A DNA stretch of 63,604 bases, the filler included, from Octopus bimaculoides (lineage: Eukaryota), in the NCBI RefSeq assembly GCF_001194135.2. It is 6 parts of 6 records of this genome, joined end to end, with 100 filler letters (N's around TTAATTAATTAA, not from the genome) between each part and the next. Parts side by side here need not be neighbours in the genome. Positions count along the whole stretch, not along the records: positions 11,962 to 25,241 come from NC_068990.1; positions 25,342 to 45,692 come from NC_068991.1; 4 more parts are not named here. The stretch is one strand, 5' to 3'. Below the pieces are notes generated by a model that saw nothing but the letters and a program-made list of their open reading frames with translations, was not told the origin of the DNA and did not search any database. Within the stretch, counting starts at the first letter, position 1. The number at the start of each line of letters is the position of its first letter. Positions 12,931-25,901 of this stretch are shown here, one piece after another. Made by a program: the position numbers and the translations under genes.

Positions 12931-14223
12931 GGCGATATAAGCAAGACAGAATTATGCATCAAAAGCCAATATATGAGTTTTTCTCGTGGTAGCTACAGCA
13001 GTATATTCTGTTCTAACAGAACACCCACGTTTAAGTGGGGATAAATATTACACATATTTCGGCTTCATAAAAAAAGACTTACTTTTCCAATTCCCTGTAT
13101 GACTTAGAACCAGAGCGTGGACGGATGGTAAAGCGGTACCTTTCGCAAAAGAGGTCTCGGATTTGACACTACTGACTGTCTTCTATTATAATATCAGCAT
13201 GACGCATTCCTTGTGATTAAAACTAGATACGCAAATAGTATTGAGGTCAGGTCGGAGGAATTTTAATTCAAAAGTTCACCTATGACCATACACTGCGTCA
13301 CGTGGAGACTCAGCCACTTACATGCTAATTCAAGAGGTTTAGTTGAAAAAAAGACAAAATACTTATTGTCGAAAGCAATGGAGATCCATTTATACAACAT
13401 TTTTTACGTGTTTCAGTCATTAAACTGCGGCTATGGTGGAGCACCGCCTTGAAGAATTTTTAGTTGAATGAATCGACACGAGTACTTTTCCCTTTTTAAG
13501 GTTAGTACTTAACGGTAGGGGGGACAAACACAGAAGCAAAGATACACACATACACACACACACACACTCTCTCTCTCTCTCTCTCCCCCTCACACATACA
13601 CACACACATATATATATACGATGGGCTCCTTTTCAGTTTCCGTCTACCAAATCTACTCAGGCTTTGGTCGGCCCGAAGTTAGAGTAGGGGACACTTACCC
13701 AAGGTGCCACACTGTGGGACTGAACCAGGAACCATGAGGTTGAGAAGTAAGCCTTTTACCAAACAGTCACACCCGCACCTATATGTGAAACCTCCTCACA
13801 TTTCTCTAACTAAACTCAGGTCGGTTCTAGCGATTCTCCCAGATTTCCTCACAATTTTAGTCCTGATACACATACAGAGGCAAAGTGACAGACAGATAGA
13901 CAGATAGACAGACACAGACAAACAAACAGACTGATAAATAGATAGATACGCCTGTATGTTTATTTGTGTGTTTATATATTACAGACTAAAGTCTTGAAGT
14001 GTTTTGCATATGTTTATAGCTCCATTACTGGCTTGGTACTGAGGTCATTCAATCGCCAACTACCTCAATAAGCACAGAAATATTCACTTTATAGTCGTAG
14101 TTTGGCTGAAGATTCCTCAGCAGTTCGCCATAGATATTTTCTGCTTTGCTTTATGCATATGTTTATATCTGTCTGTCTGTCTGAAGATATATATATATAT
14201 AAACATGTTTATATGTATGTGTG

Positions 14224-14280
<57 letters not shown>

Positions 14281-15681
14281 GAAACATTCAAACACTGAGA
14301 TTTGAAATTAGATGTTACTACTGTTCATATCATCTGTGGATAAATTCTAAATTTGATGATATCACCAGCAGTGACATGCATGGATCGCAGTTATAACAGC
14401 TTTAAATAGCTATGAATTATAAATTTGCACGAAGCAAATTTATATATATACATATATATATATACATATATATATATATACACATACGCACATACATATG
14501 TGTGTGTGTGTGTGTGAGGGTGTGTNNNNNNNNNNNNNNNNNNNNNNNNNNNNNNNNNNNNNNNNNNNNNNNNNNNNNNNNNNNNNNNNNNNNNNNNNNN
14601 NNNNNNNNNNNNNNNNNNNNNNNNNNNNNNNNNNNNNNNNNNNNNNNNNNNNNNNNNNNNNNNNNNNNNNNNNNNNNNNNNNNNNNNNNNNNNNNNNNNN
14701 NNNNNNNNNNNNNNNNNNNNNNNNNNNNNNNNNNNNNNNNNNNNNNNNNNNNNNNNNNNNNNNNNNNNNNNNNNNNNNNNNNNNNNNNNNNNNNNNNNNN
14801 NNNNNNNNNNNNNNNNNNNNNNNNNNNNNNNNNNNNNNNNNNNNNNNNNNNNNNNNNNNNNNNNNNNNNNNNNNNNNNNNNNNNNNNNNNNNNNNNNNNN
14901 NNNNNNNNNNNNNNNNNNNNNNNNNNNNNNNNNNNNNNNNNNNNNNNNNNNNNNNNNNNNNNNNNNNNNNNNNNNGTGAATTCAAACAAAGAAGAACAAA
15001 CAAGAAAATACAATAACGCGAGGACGTGGTACAAGTAATGTATTATCAGACGCTTAGGAAAGGAATGAAAGAGGATTTAACGTTTCGAGCAAAGCTCTTC
15101 TTCAGAAAAAGAGGAAAGTCCAAAGGAAAGGAAGACGGAGGAAGAAAATCGCCAACGATAGACACATGGTTACATTTTGAAATGACCGAAAGGGAATGGG
15201 GGAAGAAAAAGTTCTTTCTAAGACAGAAGAGTGCAAGAGAAGGAGATATATGTGGGTATATGCATGCGCACAGATCTGTGTGTGTGTGTGTAATAGCACG
15301 TGTATGTACGTGCGTCTGTGTGTGTGTGTGTGTGTGTGGTTTTGGCTGTTTATATGTGCGTGTGTGAGCGAACTTTGTGTCGCTTAATGTCGTAGGAAGA
15401 ATTTATAGTAAGAATTTTGGGTAAGAGTGGCTGTCTTTTGTGTGTCTCCCTTCACATGTGCGTTAGAGAATGATCAGTAGAAAGGTGCTTAACTGGTAGT
15501 TTGAAGTATGTGTGTGTTCGTGTATGTATATGTTGTGTGTGTGTGTTTTATGTGCAGTGTGTGACTGTGTCTGTGTGTGCGTGTATGTACACACACACAT
15601 AATGCATACATACATACATACATACATACATACATACATACATACACACATACATACACACATACATACATATATATGATA

Positions 15682-15770
<89 letters not shown>

Positions 15771-15979
15771 GCATATATACACACATACACACACACACAT
15801 ACACACACACACACACACACGTGTGTATATGTATCTATGCATGTATATGTGTGTATATATATGTATGTATGTTTATATGTAAGTAGTATATCTGTATAAT
15901 GCGGTTGTGGCAGTATACATGTAAACCAATAAGCAGAGATGTGGTATTAGAATCGCGAATTTACGAGCTAATTGGTAAA

Positions 15980-16003
15980 ATGATGATCATGATGATGATG
16001 ATG

Positions 16004-16099
<96 letters not shown>

Positions 16100-16100
16100 A
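15980..16100. repeat. Compound microsatellite (GAT)n-(AAT)n-(AGT)n
   Basis: Direct inspection. Confidence 0.95.
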
Positions 16101-16719
16101 TAAACGACGTAAAATCTAACAAGTGTGTGAGTGGTGGGGGCGGAATTCTAGTCAACTGTAGCTTTTATGACGTAACAGTAACGCTCAACAATTCAGCTGT
16201 GAAATACGGAGCCAAGCAAAATGAAAAAGCAATAAGCTGTACAGGATTCTGGACACAGCTGCTGTTATCTCAATTTATAAGCTTTATAGGAGAAAGATTG
16301 CCATCACCGTGACTAAAGAATTTCCTTGTATTTCTGTACCTTAATTGCTACTTCAATCTCATTGACTATTTCTACGACTAGCGCATATCTGACTACAACC
16401 ATTAGGTAGAGAGGGTCCTCTAATTCCCAGAATTTCTAAAAACTTAAAAGATCTATTGAGGGAAGCGATAACAATTCTAAATCCTAAACCTGGTTCAGAA
16501 ATAATTTGCTGTTATTAATAGATGTCTCCACAAACCTACAGGAATTCGTAAGACCGTTATTTCGTTCAAGAATGGGTAGCGATAAGTAGCTTAGATATTT
16601 CTTATATTGCTACACTATCGATCTGAGAAAAGATGCGATATCTCTTCTTCATGATATGCAGTTGTATACAGAGTCTCTAGTAAGGACCTGTTTGGTCAAT
16701 ATTTTTTCAAAGTAGCTAT

Positions 16720-17313
16720 TCTAATTCTTCATATGCAACCCACTTTCTCGGTTTGATCTTCGCTCCTATCCTCCTGCTACCGTCTTGTATTCCTTTAGAA
16801 TAGTGGTGACCATCACTTCGGTGGCATCCGACACCATGACGGTGACGTTACTCACATAGTAGACACGGCTCTCCCAGGTCACTATTTAAAAGGGATGCCT
16901 CTCAACTGTTCTAAGTTTCGCACCAGTGGCTCCAGAGTCTGTGCGTACAGAAAGGACGAGAGGAGGCAGCCCTCATGGACCGAACGTGCGACGCGAAACG
17001 GTTCCGAGAGGTGGCCGCTTAACTTTGACCACAGACTAGGTCTCACTGTGCATTACAATGGTCCTGCGTTTGAAACGGGTTCGAACTCGACCGATTTCAG
17101 GACAACTTTCAAGTAACAAAAGTTGACTCTATCAAAAACTTTCAATTGATCCAAATTGATCATAGCCTTCAAAAAGCCAGCTTTGTTCCTAACCCTCTCT
17201 ATGATGTATCGCACAAAGTGGACGTTGTCGTGGATGGACCTGTTCGAAATTGAGCTAGTTTGCGCTTCCCCAACTAGATCGCCAACAACAAGCATCAACC
17301 TTTTCTCTGACAT
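16720..17313 (-). mobile_element. Decayed Tx1/L1-clade LINE reverse transcriptase fragment
   Basis: RSIHDN..., INLDQLKVFDRV...YL..VL and GHLSEPF...SVHEGCLLSSFLYA..LEPL motifs, plus a decayed YADD region (NVTVMVSD); frameshifts and stops. Confidence 0.85.
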
Positions 17314-17632
17314 GTTGGTAAAATTTTAAACTCTATTTATTAAAGATATGGGCAGCAACTTTTGAGATGAGATGTATTAGTCGATAGCATCGATCCCAGT
17401 ACATGACTGGTACACTATTTTACTACCTTGAAAGGAAAGAATTACAGAGCCAAAATATAGAACAGTATTAAGAGTTATTTTATTCTGTGTGATGAGAAAA
17501 GGGAGTGGAATGAGGTGCGACAGCGTGGGACTTAGTGTGTGACGGTATGACATCAGCTAATGAAATGAGGACATGAGCTAGTTGTGTGTGTTTATGTGAC
17601 CGAGCATCTTTGTATATTTGAGTCTGTGTGTG

Positions 17633-17674
<42 letters not shown>

Positions 17675-18911
17675 TGCGTGTGTGTGTGTGCGTGTGCATG
17701 CGTGCGTGCGTGCGTGCGTAAGAGAGAGAGAGGGAGAGAGAGTATGTGTATGGCAGGAAGTTTATCTCAAGATGATTTTCCAATGAAAATTACTCTGTGA
17801 ATTACCTCCACAACGAACATCAAAGAACAGAAGGTGGGAGGTGCAGAGAGCTGAGAGAGAATGAGGGAGTGAGAGGAGAGTATAATGAAATAGAAAAAAA
17901 GTGTGAGAAGTACAAGGGTACATCTGTAAAAAGAAGGAATAGACAGGGATTTGGGTAGGGTTGGTAAGGGTTAGGGTAACGCGGGAGAAGGTTCTGGGTG
18001 GAGGTGTAAAACTATGTAATTAAATATTAACTGTTTACTAAGGCAAGCAGGTAAACATAAAACGGTAAATGTGTTGGTAAGAGGGGAAAGTAGTAGGGCT
18101 TATGAGATGACGTGGAAGTTACTAAATTAAAAATAGGGGCCGGAGTTTGATAATGAATTTCAGCTGCGAAGGGGACATTGGTTCAGAACGTAAACAGAAG
18201 CCAGAGAAGATCTTTCATGTCGTTTATATTTGCATTCGAAAAGTGCACTTGAGCTGGAGATATAACTATCACGTAATCTCATCCGACTCTTGTAAAACTT
18301 AGGGGTTTAGGAGTCTCTACCCAGCCTAGAAGTTAGTATTTATAAAGGAGATTTTTGGAGTCAGAAGAGTGTCTCTATTTGAGATTTATCTCAAGCAGAA
18401 TTGAGGCTAAGAATAACTTCATTCTAATTAATCAATGAAAGATCCTAAGAATAAACTAAGCTCTGCGTATATGTGTATGTGTGTGCTCGTATATGTATGT
18501 CTATATATGTGTATGTGTATTATGTAAACAATGTTTTCAGTTGTTTTATTTTGTACTAGCAGTATAGCCCGGCTTTGCCCGGGATTAAGTTAGGATTATT
18601 AAGCTAATGAGGTTCTTTATCTCAAACCAAACTAAGTAACATCGACATCAAATTTGGGCAGAATCAGTGTCNNNNNNNNNNNNNNNNNNNNNNNNNNNNN
18701 NNNNNNNNNNNNNNNNNNNNNNNNNNNNNNNNNNNNNNNNNNNNNNNNNNNNNNNNNNNNNNNNNNNNNNNAGAAGAAGAAGAAGAAGAAGAAGAAGAAG
18801 AAGAAGAAAAAGAAGAATACTAGAGTGCTGTGACACAGTAGATTGTTAGTGGAATCTTCTTTAATAGTCAAATGACCTGTTGTGATAGTAGCAGTAGTGG
18901 TTGGAATTGTT

Positions 18912-19262
18912 CTAAATTCCTGTAGTAGTTTCATCTCTGGTGGAAGCATTCAAAATAGGTTTATAATATGTGATAAAATATGCTTGTTTGCTAATGCGCT
19001 GATTATAGGTTGCATTGTCCCTGAATTTATAGAGGGGAAAAATTCTAAAGTTGGGTTGTTCGTTAGTGGCGCAAATATCGATGTGCTCCCTTAATCCTAT
19101 TTTTCTGTATTCCCATATTTTAATCTTGGATCTATGTAGCGTTATCCTCTGGCGTAGACTGTTTTTAGTTTGACCAATATATTGCTCCTGACACCCTGAG
19201 CAAGTTAATACATATATTAGGTTTTCCGAAGCACATGTGAAGTTGTTTTTCACTGTGAAACG
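18912..19262 (-). mobile_element. Penelope-like element GIY-YIG endonuclease fragment
   Basis: FTCxSxNLIYxLxCxxCxxQYIGQT..LRQR..HRS ... KPILN is the typical PLE GIY-YIG signature. No RT is present beside it. Confidence 0.88.
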
Positions 19263-19264
19263 TT

Positions 19265-22010
19265 GACCCAGTTTGACGGACTTATTTTATGCACAAAGGT
19301 GATCACACAACAACGTGGATGCATCCAAGGTCTAAAGTTTAGTACTTGCTGGATTATATCATCATCCGCAAGCGCGACAACTATGAGATTTGTAATGTCA
19401 AGTCCTTTCACGGATAGGAATGCTGGACAACCACAGTCTAATGCAAGTACAATTCCGGATGATGATTAGAGTGAAAGAGAGAAGAGGGCCAGTTGGCATT
19501 CCTCGGCGTCTGAATGTCCACAAGATATATAATGCTGTATTGAGGAAAGAGCTTCAGACTCGCTTGTCCAGCATTGAAAATACTACGGTATGGGAAGCTT
19601 TTCGAGATCAGGTCCTTCAATGTGCTGCTGAAACACTGCGATATGCTACTGTCAGATACAGAGACTGGTTTGACGAAAATGATGCTGAACTTCAGTGACC
19701 ATTGGTTGTAGAGCGCTATGCCCACAATGTATTGCTGCACAGAGGACTTTCAGCTGTGCAGCGAAGTCTAGCACATGCTCACTATAGCAGTGTACAATCA
19801 CCACTGCAACGATCTCTCAGGAAGCAAGTTTATGGGCCTAAGAGCTCTACATCAGCTCCTTTGCTTTCCAAGGAGCCTTCCACTCTATTTACTAAATCAA
19901 CAGAAATAACAGGTCATTGGATTGAACACTTCTCTGAACACCTGAACCATGAATCAGTTGTGGATGAAACAGTGATTGATACTATGCAACAAAGACCTAC
20001 CTTTGGCTACTTAAATTCCACGCCCTCAATAAATGAGGTAATAATAGCAATAGATAAATTTAATCTTGGCAGGGCACGTGGAAGGGATGGAATTTGTGCA
20101 GAGGTCTTGCGATTTGGTGATGATTATATCATACAGTCCCTTCATGAACTTATTAGTGTAATCTGGAGGGATGGTGCAATGCCTAAGGACTGGAAAGATG
20201 CAATTATTCTTCGTCTCTTTATAGAAAAGGAGCTAGAATAATGTGTAGTAACTACAGAGGAATTACTCTACTATCAGCTGCTGGCAAGGTTCTGGAAAAT
20301 ATTCTTCTTAACCGCTTGCATGGGTGTCTCGTAAATTGTCCTTTCCGAATCTCAATTTAGCTTCCGATTTGGTAGAGGGACAATGGATATGATTTTCACT
20401 GCAAGACAGATGCAGAAGTGCTATGAGCAGAAATGGATCTTGTTCAGGTATTCATTGATTTAACCAAGGCCTTTGATCCTTTGAATAGGGCCTTGCTAAG
20501 GAAAATACTTGGCAAACTTGGATGTCCGGATCACTTTGTATCTATAATTAAATCATTTCATGATGGGATGAAGGCTTGAGTCAATGTTGGTGGTGGCATG
20601 GCGGGACTCATTCCTGTAGAGAATGGTGTCAAGCAGGGTGACATCCTTGCCTCAACTCTCTTTTCCTTGTACTTTGCTGCTGCTTTTATGCATGCTTTTG
20701 CTAAGGTTAGCTCTCTGGGAATATATGTCAGGTATCGATCTTCTGGCCGCCTCTTTAATCTGCGCCGATTTGCTGCCAATTAAAAAATTTTCCAGTCTCT
20801 TATTCGTGACCTCCTTTAAGCAGATGACAGTGATTTAATCACTCATACAGTAGATGACATGCAAATACTTATGAATCGTATTTCTGCTTCTTGCAAAGAG
20901 TTTGGACAAGACTGTTGTAATGTTCCAACCTGCACCAGGAAATCCATATGATGAACCAGCTGGTTGAAGGAACAATGCTGAAAGTGGTAGACAAGTTTGT
21001 CTACCTAGGTAGCACACTCAGCCGTTCTTGCTCTCTGGATGATGAAATATCTTTCAGGTTGCAGAGAGTAACTAATTCCTTCCAGTCTCTTCAGTCTCGT
21101 ATCTAGTTCCAGCATGGCATCACAAGGCAAACAAAAATTGCTGTGTACTGTTCATATGTACTGACATCGCTCCTTTACCCATGTGAGACATGGACCCTTT
21201 ACAAACGTCATGTAAAGGTTCTTGAACGCTTTCATCAGAAACGTCTGAGACACATTCTAAATGTTGACTGGACCTTAAGGACTCCAGACACACAAATCCT
21301 GAGAAAAGCCGATATTTTGAGTATTGAGACGATGGTACATAAGCATCGGTTACGTTGGACTGGACACCTTATTAGAATGAAGGATAGCAGGATCCTTAAA
21401 CAGATACTATACGGGGAACTTGTTAGTGGAAAGAGACCCCGTCAGAAACCAAGGCTGCGATTTAAGGTTTGCATCAAGTCCTCATTGCAGGCCTGTGATA
21501 TGCACGTTGTCTGGTGGGACGAGTCTAAAAGGCATAAGGACAGATACATTCCTCTCTGATAGAGGTCTCATTGACTTCTTCAAGTTTTACTTGAAAAGGA
21601 AATTGAGGGTGGGTGGAGAGGGAAGTGCTGTCATCAAGTGAGTTTATTGAAAAGTGGGTGAACGTTGCGAAAACGGTAAGAGTGGATGGTACCTCTCTAA
21701 GTCTAAGGAGACTGACTATGAGAGCAATACCTGTCATTGCCACAAATGGAGGAAGCAGGGTTGATACATTTGAGAGAGCACTTATTCTGCATGAAGAACT
21801 CAACTGTGCTGCTCGATAGCGCACTGCGGGTGTAGTGAATGGGGAAAGCTTGGTTTGCAATGTTTTCAGTCGTGTATGCTTGTCAAGAGCAGAGCTCATT
21901 AGCCACCAACAGAGCCGCAAATTCAAAATATAAGTTAGTCCTAGAGGGTACAATGTTCCTAAAGGTGTGCAATGGTCTTCTTCGGTCACGAGTGGACGGC
22001 TATCATATAT
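19265..22010 (+). mobile_element. 5'-truncated, degenerate RTE-clade LINE (APE tail, RT, C-terminal C2H2-like finger), interrupted at 21506-21702
   Basis: TTWMHPRSK..LLDYIIIRKRD, KARGRDG-like/AEVL, KDWKDA.I, DLTKAFD, GVKQGDILA..LF, LL*ADD, LRWTGHLIRM.DSRI.KQILYGEL and VCNV.SRVCLSRA.LISH motifs; many stops and frameshifts. Confidence 0.92.
21506..21702 (+). mobile_element. Internal Tx1/L1 ORF2 C-terminal fragment nested in the RTE element
   Basis: About 90% identical by eye to 24531-24726 (VVWW..LKG.RTDTFLS...LIDFFKFYLKRK.RV / EREVLSSSEF..KWVNVAK). Confidence 0.85.
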
Positions 22011-22171
22011 ATAGTCGCATTAATTTTTTGTTTTTATTTTCTTTTAGCCCTTTTCTTTTTATTCTTTTTGTGCTGCAGCTATTTTTCAGTCGCATTGCTT
22101 CGAAATTTGGGTTATTGAGTATTTTAGTCGGGAAACAAGGATGCATACACACATGCAACCATACAGACACA

Positions 22172-22213
<42 letters not shown>

Positions 22214-22997
22214 CGCACGCACACCCACATCCATACACGCGCGCGCGCGCACTCACTTCTACACGTTGCGTTAGATGGGCTGTTAACAGTTAAACGCACA
22301 AAGAAAACTCAGAACCAAACAGAAAAGAAAAAATGCAAAAATACATCTCACGGTGCAGAGCAAACGATGCAATTATTCTGCAGATTATTGTCCTTCTCAN
22401 NNNNNNNNNNNNNNNNNNNNNNNNNNNNNNNNNNNNNNNNNNNNNNNNNNNNNNNNNNNNNNNNNNNNNNNNNNNNNNNNNNNNNNNNNNNNNNNNNNNN
22501 NNNNNNNNNNNNNNNNNNNNNNNNNNNNNNNNNNNNNNNNNNNNNNNNNNNNNNNNNNNNNNNNNNNNNNNNNNNNNNNNNNNNNNNNNNNNNNNNNNNN
22601 NNNNNNNNNNNNNNNNNNNNNNNNNNNNNNNNNNNNNNNNNNNNNNNNNNNNNNNNNNNNNNNNNNNNNNNNNNNNNNNNNNNNNNNNNNNNNNNNNNNN
22701 NNNNNNNNNNNNNNNNNNNNNNNNNNNNNNNNNNNNNNNNNNNNNNNNNNNNNNNNNNNNNNNNNNNNNNNNNNNNNNNNNNNNNNNNNNNNNNNNNNNN
22801 NNNNNNNNNNNNNNNNNNNNNNNNNNNNNNNNNNNNNNNNNNNNNNNNNNNNNNNNNNNNNNNNNNNNNNNNNNNNNNNNNNNNNNNNNNNNNNNNNNNN
22901 NNNNNNNNNNNNNNNNNNNNNNNNNNNNNNNNNNNNNNNNNNNNNNNNNNNNNNNNNNNNNNNNNNNNNNNNNNNNNNNNNNNNNNNNNNNNNNNNN

Positions 22998-23034
<37 letters not shown>

Positions 23035-23911
23035 CATTATTATTATTATCATTATTCAGTATTGCTGTTGGTAGAGGGTTTAATGAAATCGGAAGAGCAC
23101 CGGACTAAAACATTTTATCTTAATTGCACGTAGTTGTTACTTCTATTGCTGTTTTGTTATTGTTGCTGTTGTTGTGGTTGTTGTTGTTGTTGGTGGTGGT
23201 GGTGTCGATGGTGATAGTGATAGTGATGTTTTTCTGCTGCTTGAATTTGCACCAAAGAATATTTTACGCTTGTTTAGTCTCGAAAACATTTATGCAACTC
23301 TGTAGAAGATTGTCTGTGAGTACCACCACCACTACCACTACTAACACCCCCCACTCACACCACTACCATCAGTACCACCATCTCTATCATTAACGCTATC
23401 ACCACCGCTATCACGACCATTATCATAATCATCATCATCATCATCAACCCCAACCCCAACCCCAACCCGACTACCACCATTCTGTCATTGATTTCGTCTG
23501 ACTACTCCAGAAGGTTAATAGTTGAAAGTAAGAAAATGTGAATACAGTTGATTAAGTGGCCGGAATGTTTTCTTGGTAAAGGCATCCAAACTGTCTCTGC
23601 CAAATCCCTCTCCCACACATTCGACTTCTAACTGTTGTGTATTTATTGGTATATTTATTCCATTGACGGAAAAGAAAACACGTTATAGTTAACTATTTTA
23701 AGCTTTGGCACGAAATAAGTATAACAACAACAACCCAGCAACAACACGTTCCGATTATAAATCCAGATGAGGTCAACTTCACCTTTCATCCATCCCTAGT
23801 TGATAAGATAAAATGCCAGTGAAGTACAAATGTCAATGTAATTGACTAATCTCCCACCGCCACACACAATTACTAGCCTTGTGCCTAGTCTGTTGCCAAC
23901 ACCCTCTGAGC

Positions 23912-24945
23912 AGCGGATTAGGTATGCCGTGGCTGCTGATGCACAGACAGGCTCTTAGGTTGCGCCATCTGCAATGATTTCTGGACTGTGAGCATGTGTA
24001 GGCTCCGTTTGTGAGGCACGTCTTTCCGCAGCTTGTTTCCTTGACGGAGCTGCAGTTCTGGATGAAGAAAAGACGAAGTGTGGGCGCCTGGCTCCTAGAA
24101 TATCATCAGGTACTACCAGTCGGTAACGCTTTAGCAATTTATAGAAGATTAGTGCGGGGAAGTATCACGACGTTCTCGGGGAGACTCTAGGCGTCAACGA
24201 AAAGGAACTGGCCTGATTGTTCCGGAGGACTTTCCGGTAGGGAACTATCATGGATAATTTCCAGATGTCCTCGGCCTAGATAAACTCTAGAGGCATGGAA
24301 GTGCTGTCAGACGAATTCGTCCGAGGTGCGCGCAGAGTGACAAAACTGTTCTGCATGCACTCGTTCAGTGTCCGGGCATTGCTGACTTGTAGGGTTATGT
24401 CGAACAGCTACTGTCATGTGTGGGACAGATCCGTCTATCGGCCGAGTCCATAGTAATGATTGCTCCATCGTACTCCTTTAATCGGATAGGCAAGGCAGTT
24501 TTCCATTTCCTAGTGGCTGTGGCGAAAGACGTTGTCTGGTGGACGAGTCTAAAAGGTATGAGGACAGATACATTCCTCTCTCGTAGAGATCTCATTGACT
24601 TCTTCAAGTTTTACTTAAAAAGGAAAGTGAGGGTGGGTGGAGAGAGAAGTGCTGTCCTCAAGTGAGTTTTTTGAAAAGTGAGCGAACGTTGCGAAAATGG
24701 TAAGAGTGGATGGTACTTCTCTAAGTGTAGATTTGTGAGTTGGAGAAAGAGAATTGGAGAAGGCACTTGCCCTTGGTGTTCAAGAAGATCTTGGACAGTG
24801 GGGTTTCTTGATTACCCTTAGAGGTCATCCTGTATCAGGAGGACTACATCTCTATCATACCCCCTTTTCTTGTCATTCTTTGTATACTATGTATATTTCC
24901 CTTTTTTTTCACTGTATACCGTGTATACTTACCCGTGTATACTTA
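23912..24945 (+). mobile_element. Tx1/L1-clade LINE 3' end (ORF2 C-terminus with CCHC knuckle and 3' UTR)
   Basis: GLGMPWLLMHRQALRLRHL; RPRC(x8)HALVQCP knuckle; VAKDVVWWT; stops present. Confidence 0.85.
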
Positions 24946-24959
24946 TCATTATTATTATT

Positions 24960-25170
24960 AAGGCGGCGATCTGGCAGAATCGTTTGCGCGCTGGATGAAA
25001 TACTTAGTGGTATTTCGCCCGTCTCTACGTTCTGAGTTAAAATTCCGCTGAGGTCGACTTTACCTTTTATCCTTTTGGAGTCGATAAAATAAGTACCAAT
25101 TGAAGACTGGGATCGATGTAATCGACCCATCTCCACCCCACAAAAAATGCTGCCTTTGAGGTAAAATTTG
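24960..25170 (+). mobile_element. tRNA-derived SINE (family B, GGCGGCGAGCTGGCAGAATCGTTAGC-type head); other copies near 5010-5160, 7680-8110, 28310-28440, 40435-40670 and 52465-52650
   Basis: A-box-like CTGGCAGAATCG, GAGTT.AAATTCC B-box-like segment and a shared GTCGACTTT.CCTTT.ATCCTTT body; multicopy. Confidence 0.75.
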
Positions 25171-25174
25171 AAAC

Positions 25175-25241
<67 letters not shown>

Positions 25242-25901
25242 NNNNNNNNNNNNNNNNNNNNNNNNNNNNNNNNNNNNNNNNNNNNTTAATTAATTAANNN
25301 NNNNNNNNNNNNNNNNNNNNNNNNNNNNNNNNNNNNNNNNNTGTGTGTGTGTGTGTGTGTGTGTGTGTCAGTGTTTGTCCCCCCCACCATCGCTTGACAA
25401 CCAATGCTGGTGTGTTTACATCTCCGTGACCGATAGAATAAGTACTAGGCTTACAAAGAATAAGTCCTAGGGTCGGTTTGTCTAACTAAAGGCGGTGCTC
25501 CAGCATGGCCGCAGTCAAATGACTGAAACGAGTAAAAGAATTATATATTTATTTATTCCTTTACACATCACCACCACCACCACCATCATCTGCCTTTTAT
25601 GTCCATTTTCCTTGCTGGCATGGGTTGGACGGTTTGACATGAAGCTGTCCAGATGCCAATTGTCTGTTGTGGAATGGTTTCTACAGCTGGATGCCCTTCC
25701 CAATGCCAACCACTTAAGAGTGTGCCGAATGCACATCATCACCATTCTTACCACCACCTTCGCTGCCACCATCACAAGCATCTTCGCCACCATCACAAGC
25801 ATCTTCACCACCACAACCACCACCACCAAACACAGTACTTTATAGTTAATGAATGGATTATGTTCAAAGTTGCTAGAGAACAAGATGACAAATTCACTTA
25901 C

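Noticed and set aside
25515-25901. Read-through of EXO1 exon 10 to a stop at 25515 as the true C-terminus
   Set aside because: The extension runs through (GGT)n microsatellite and a retroposon copy after a consensus GTAAGT donor; it is intronic.
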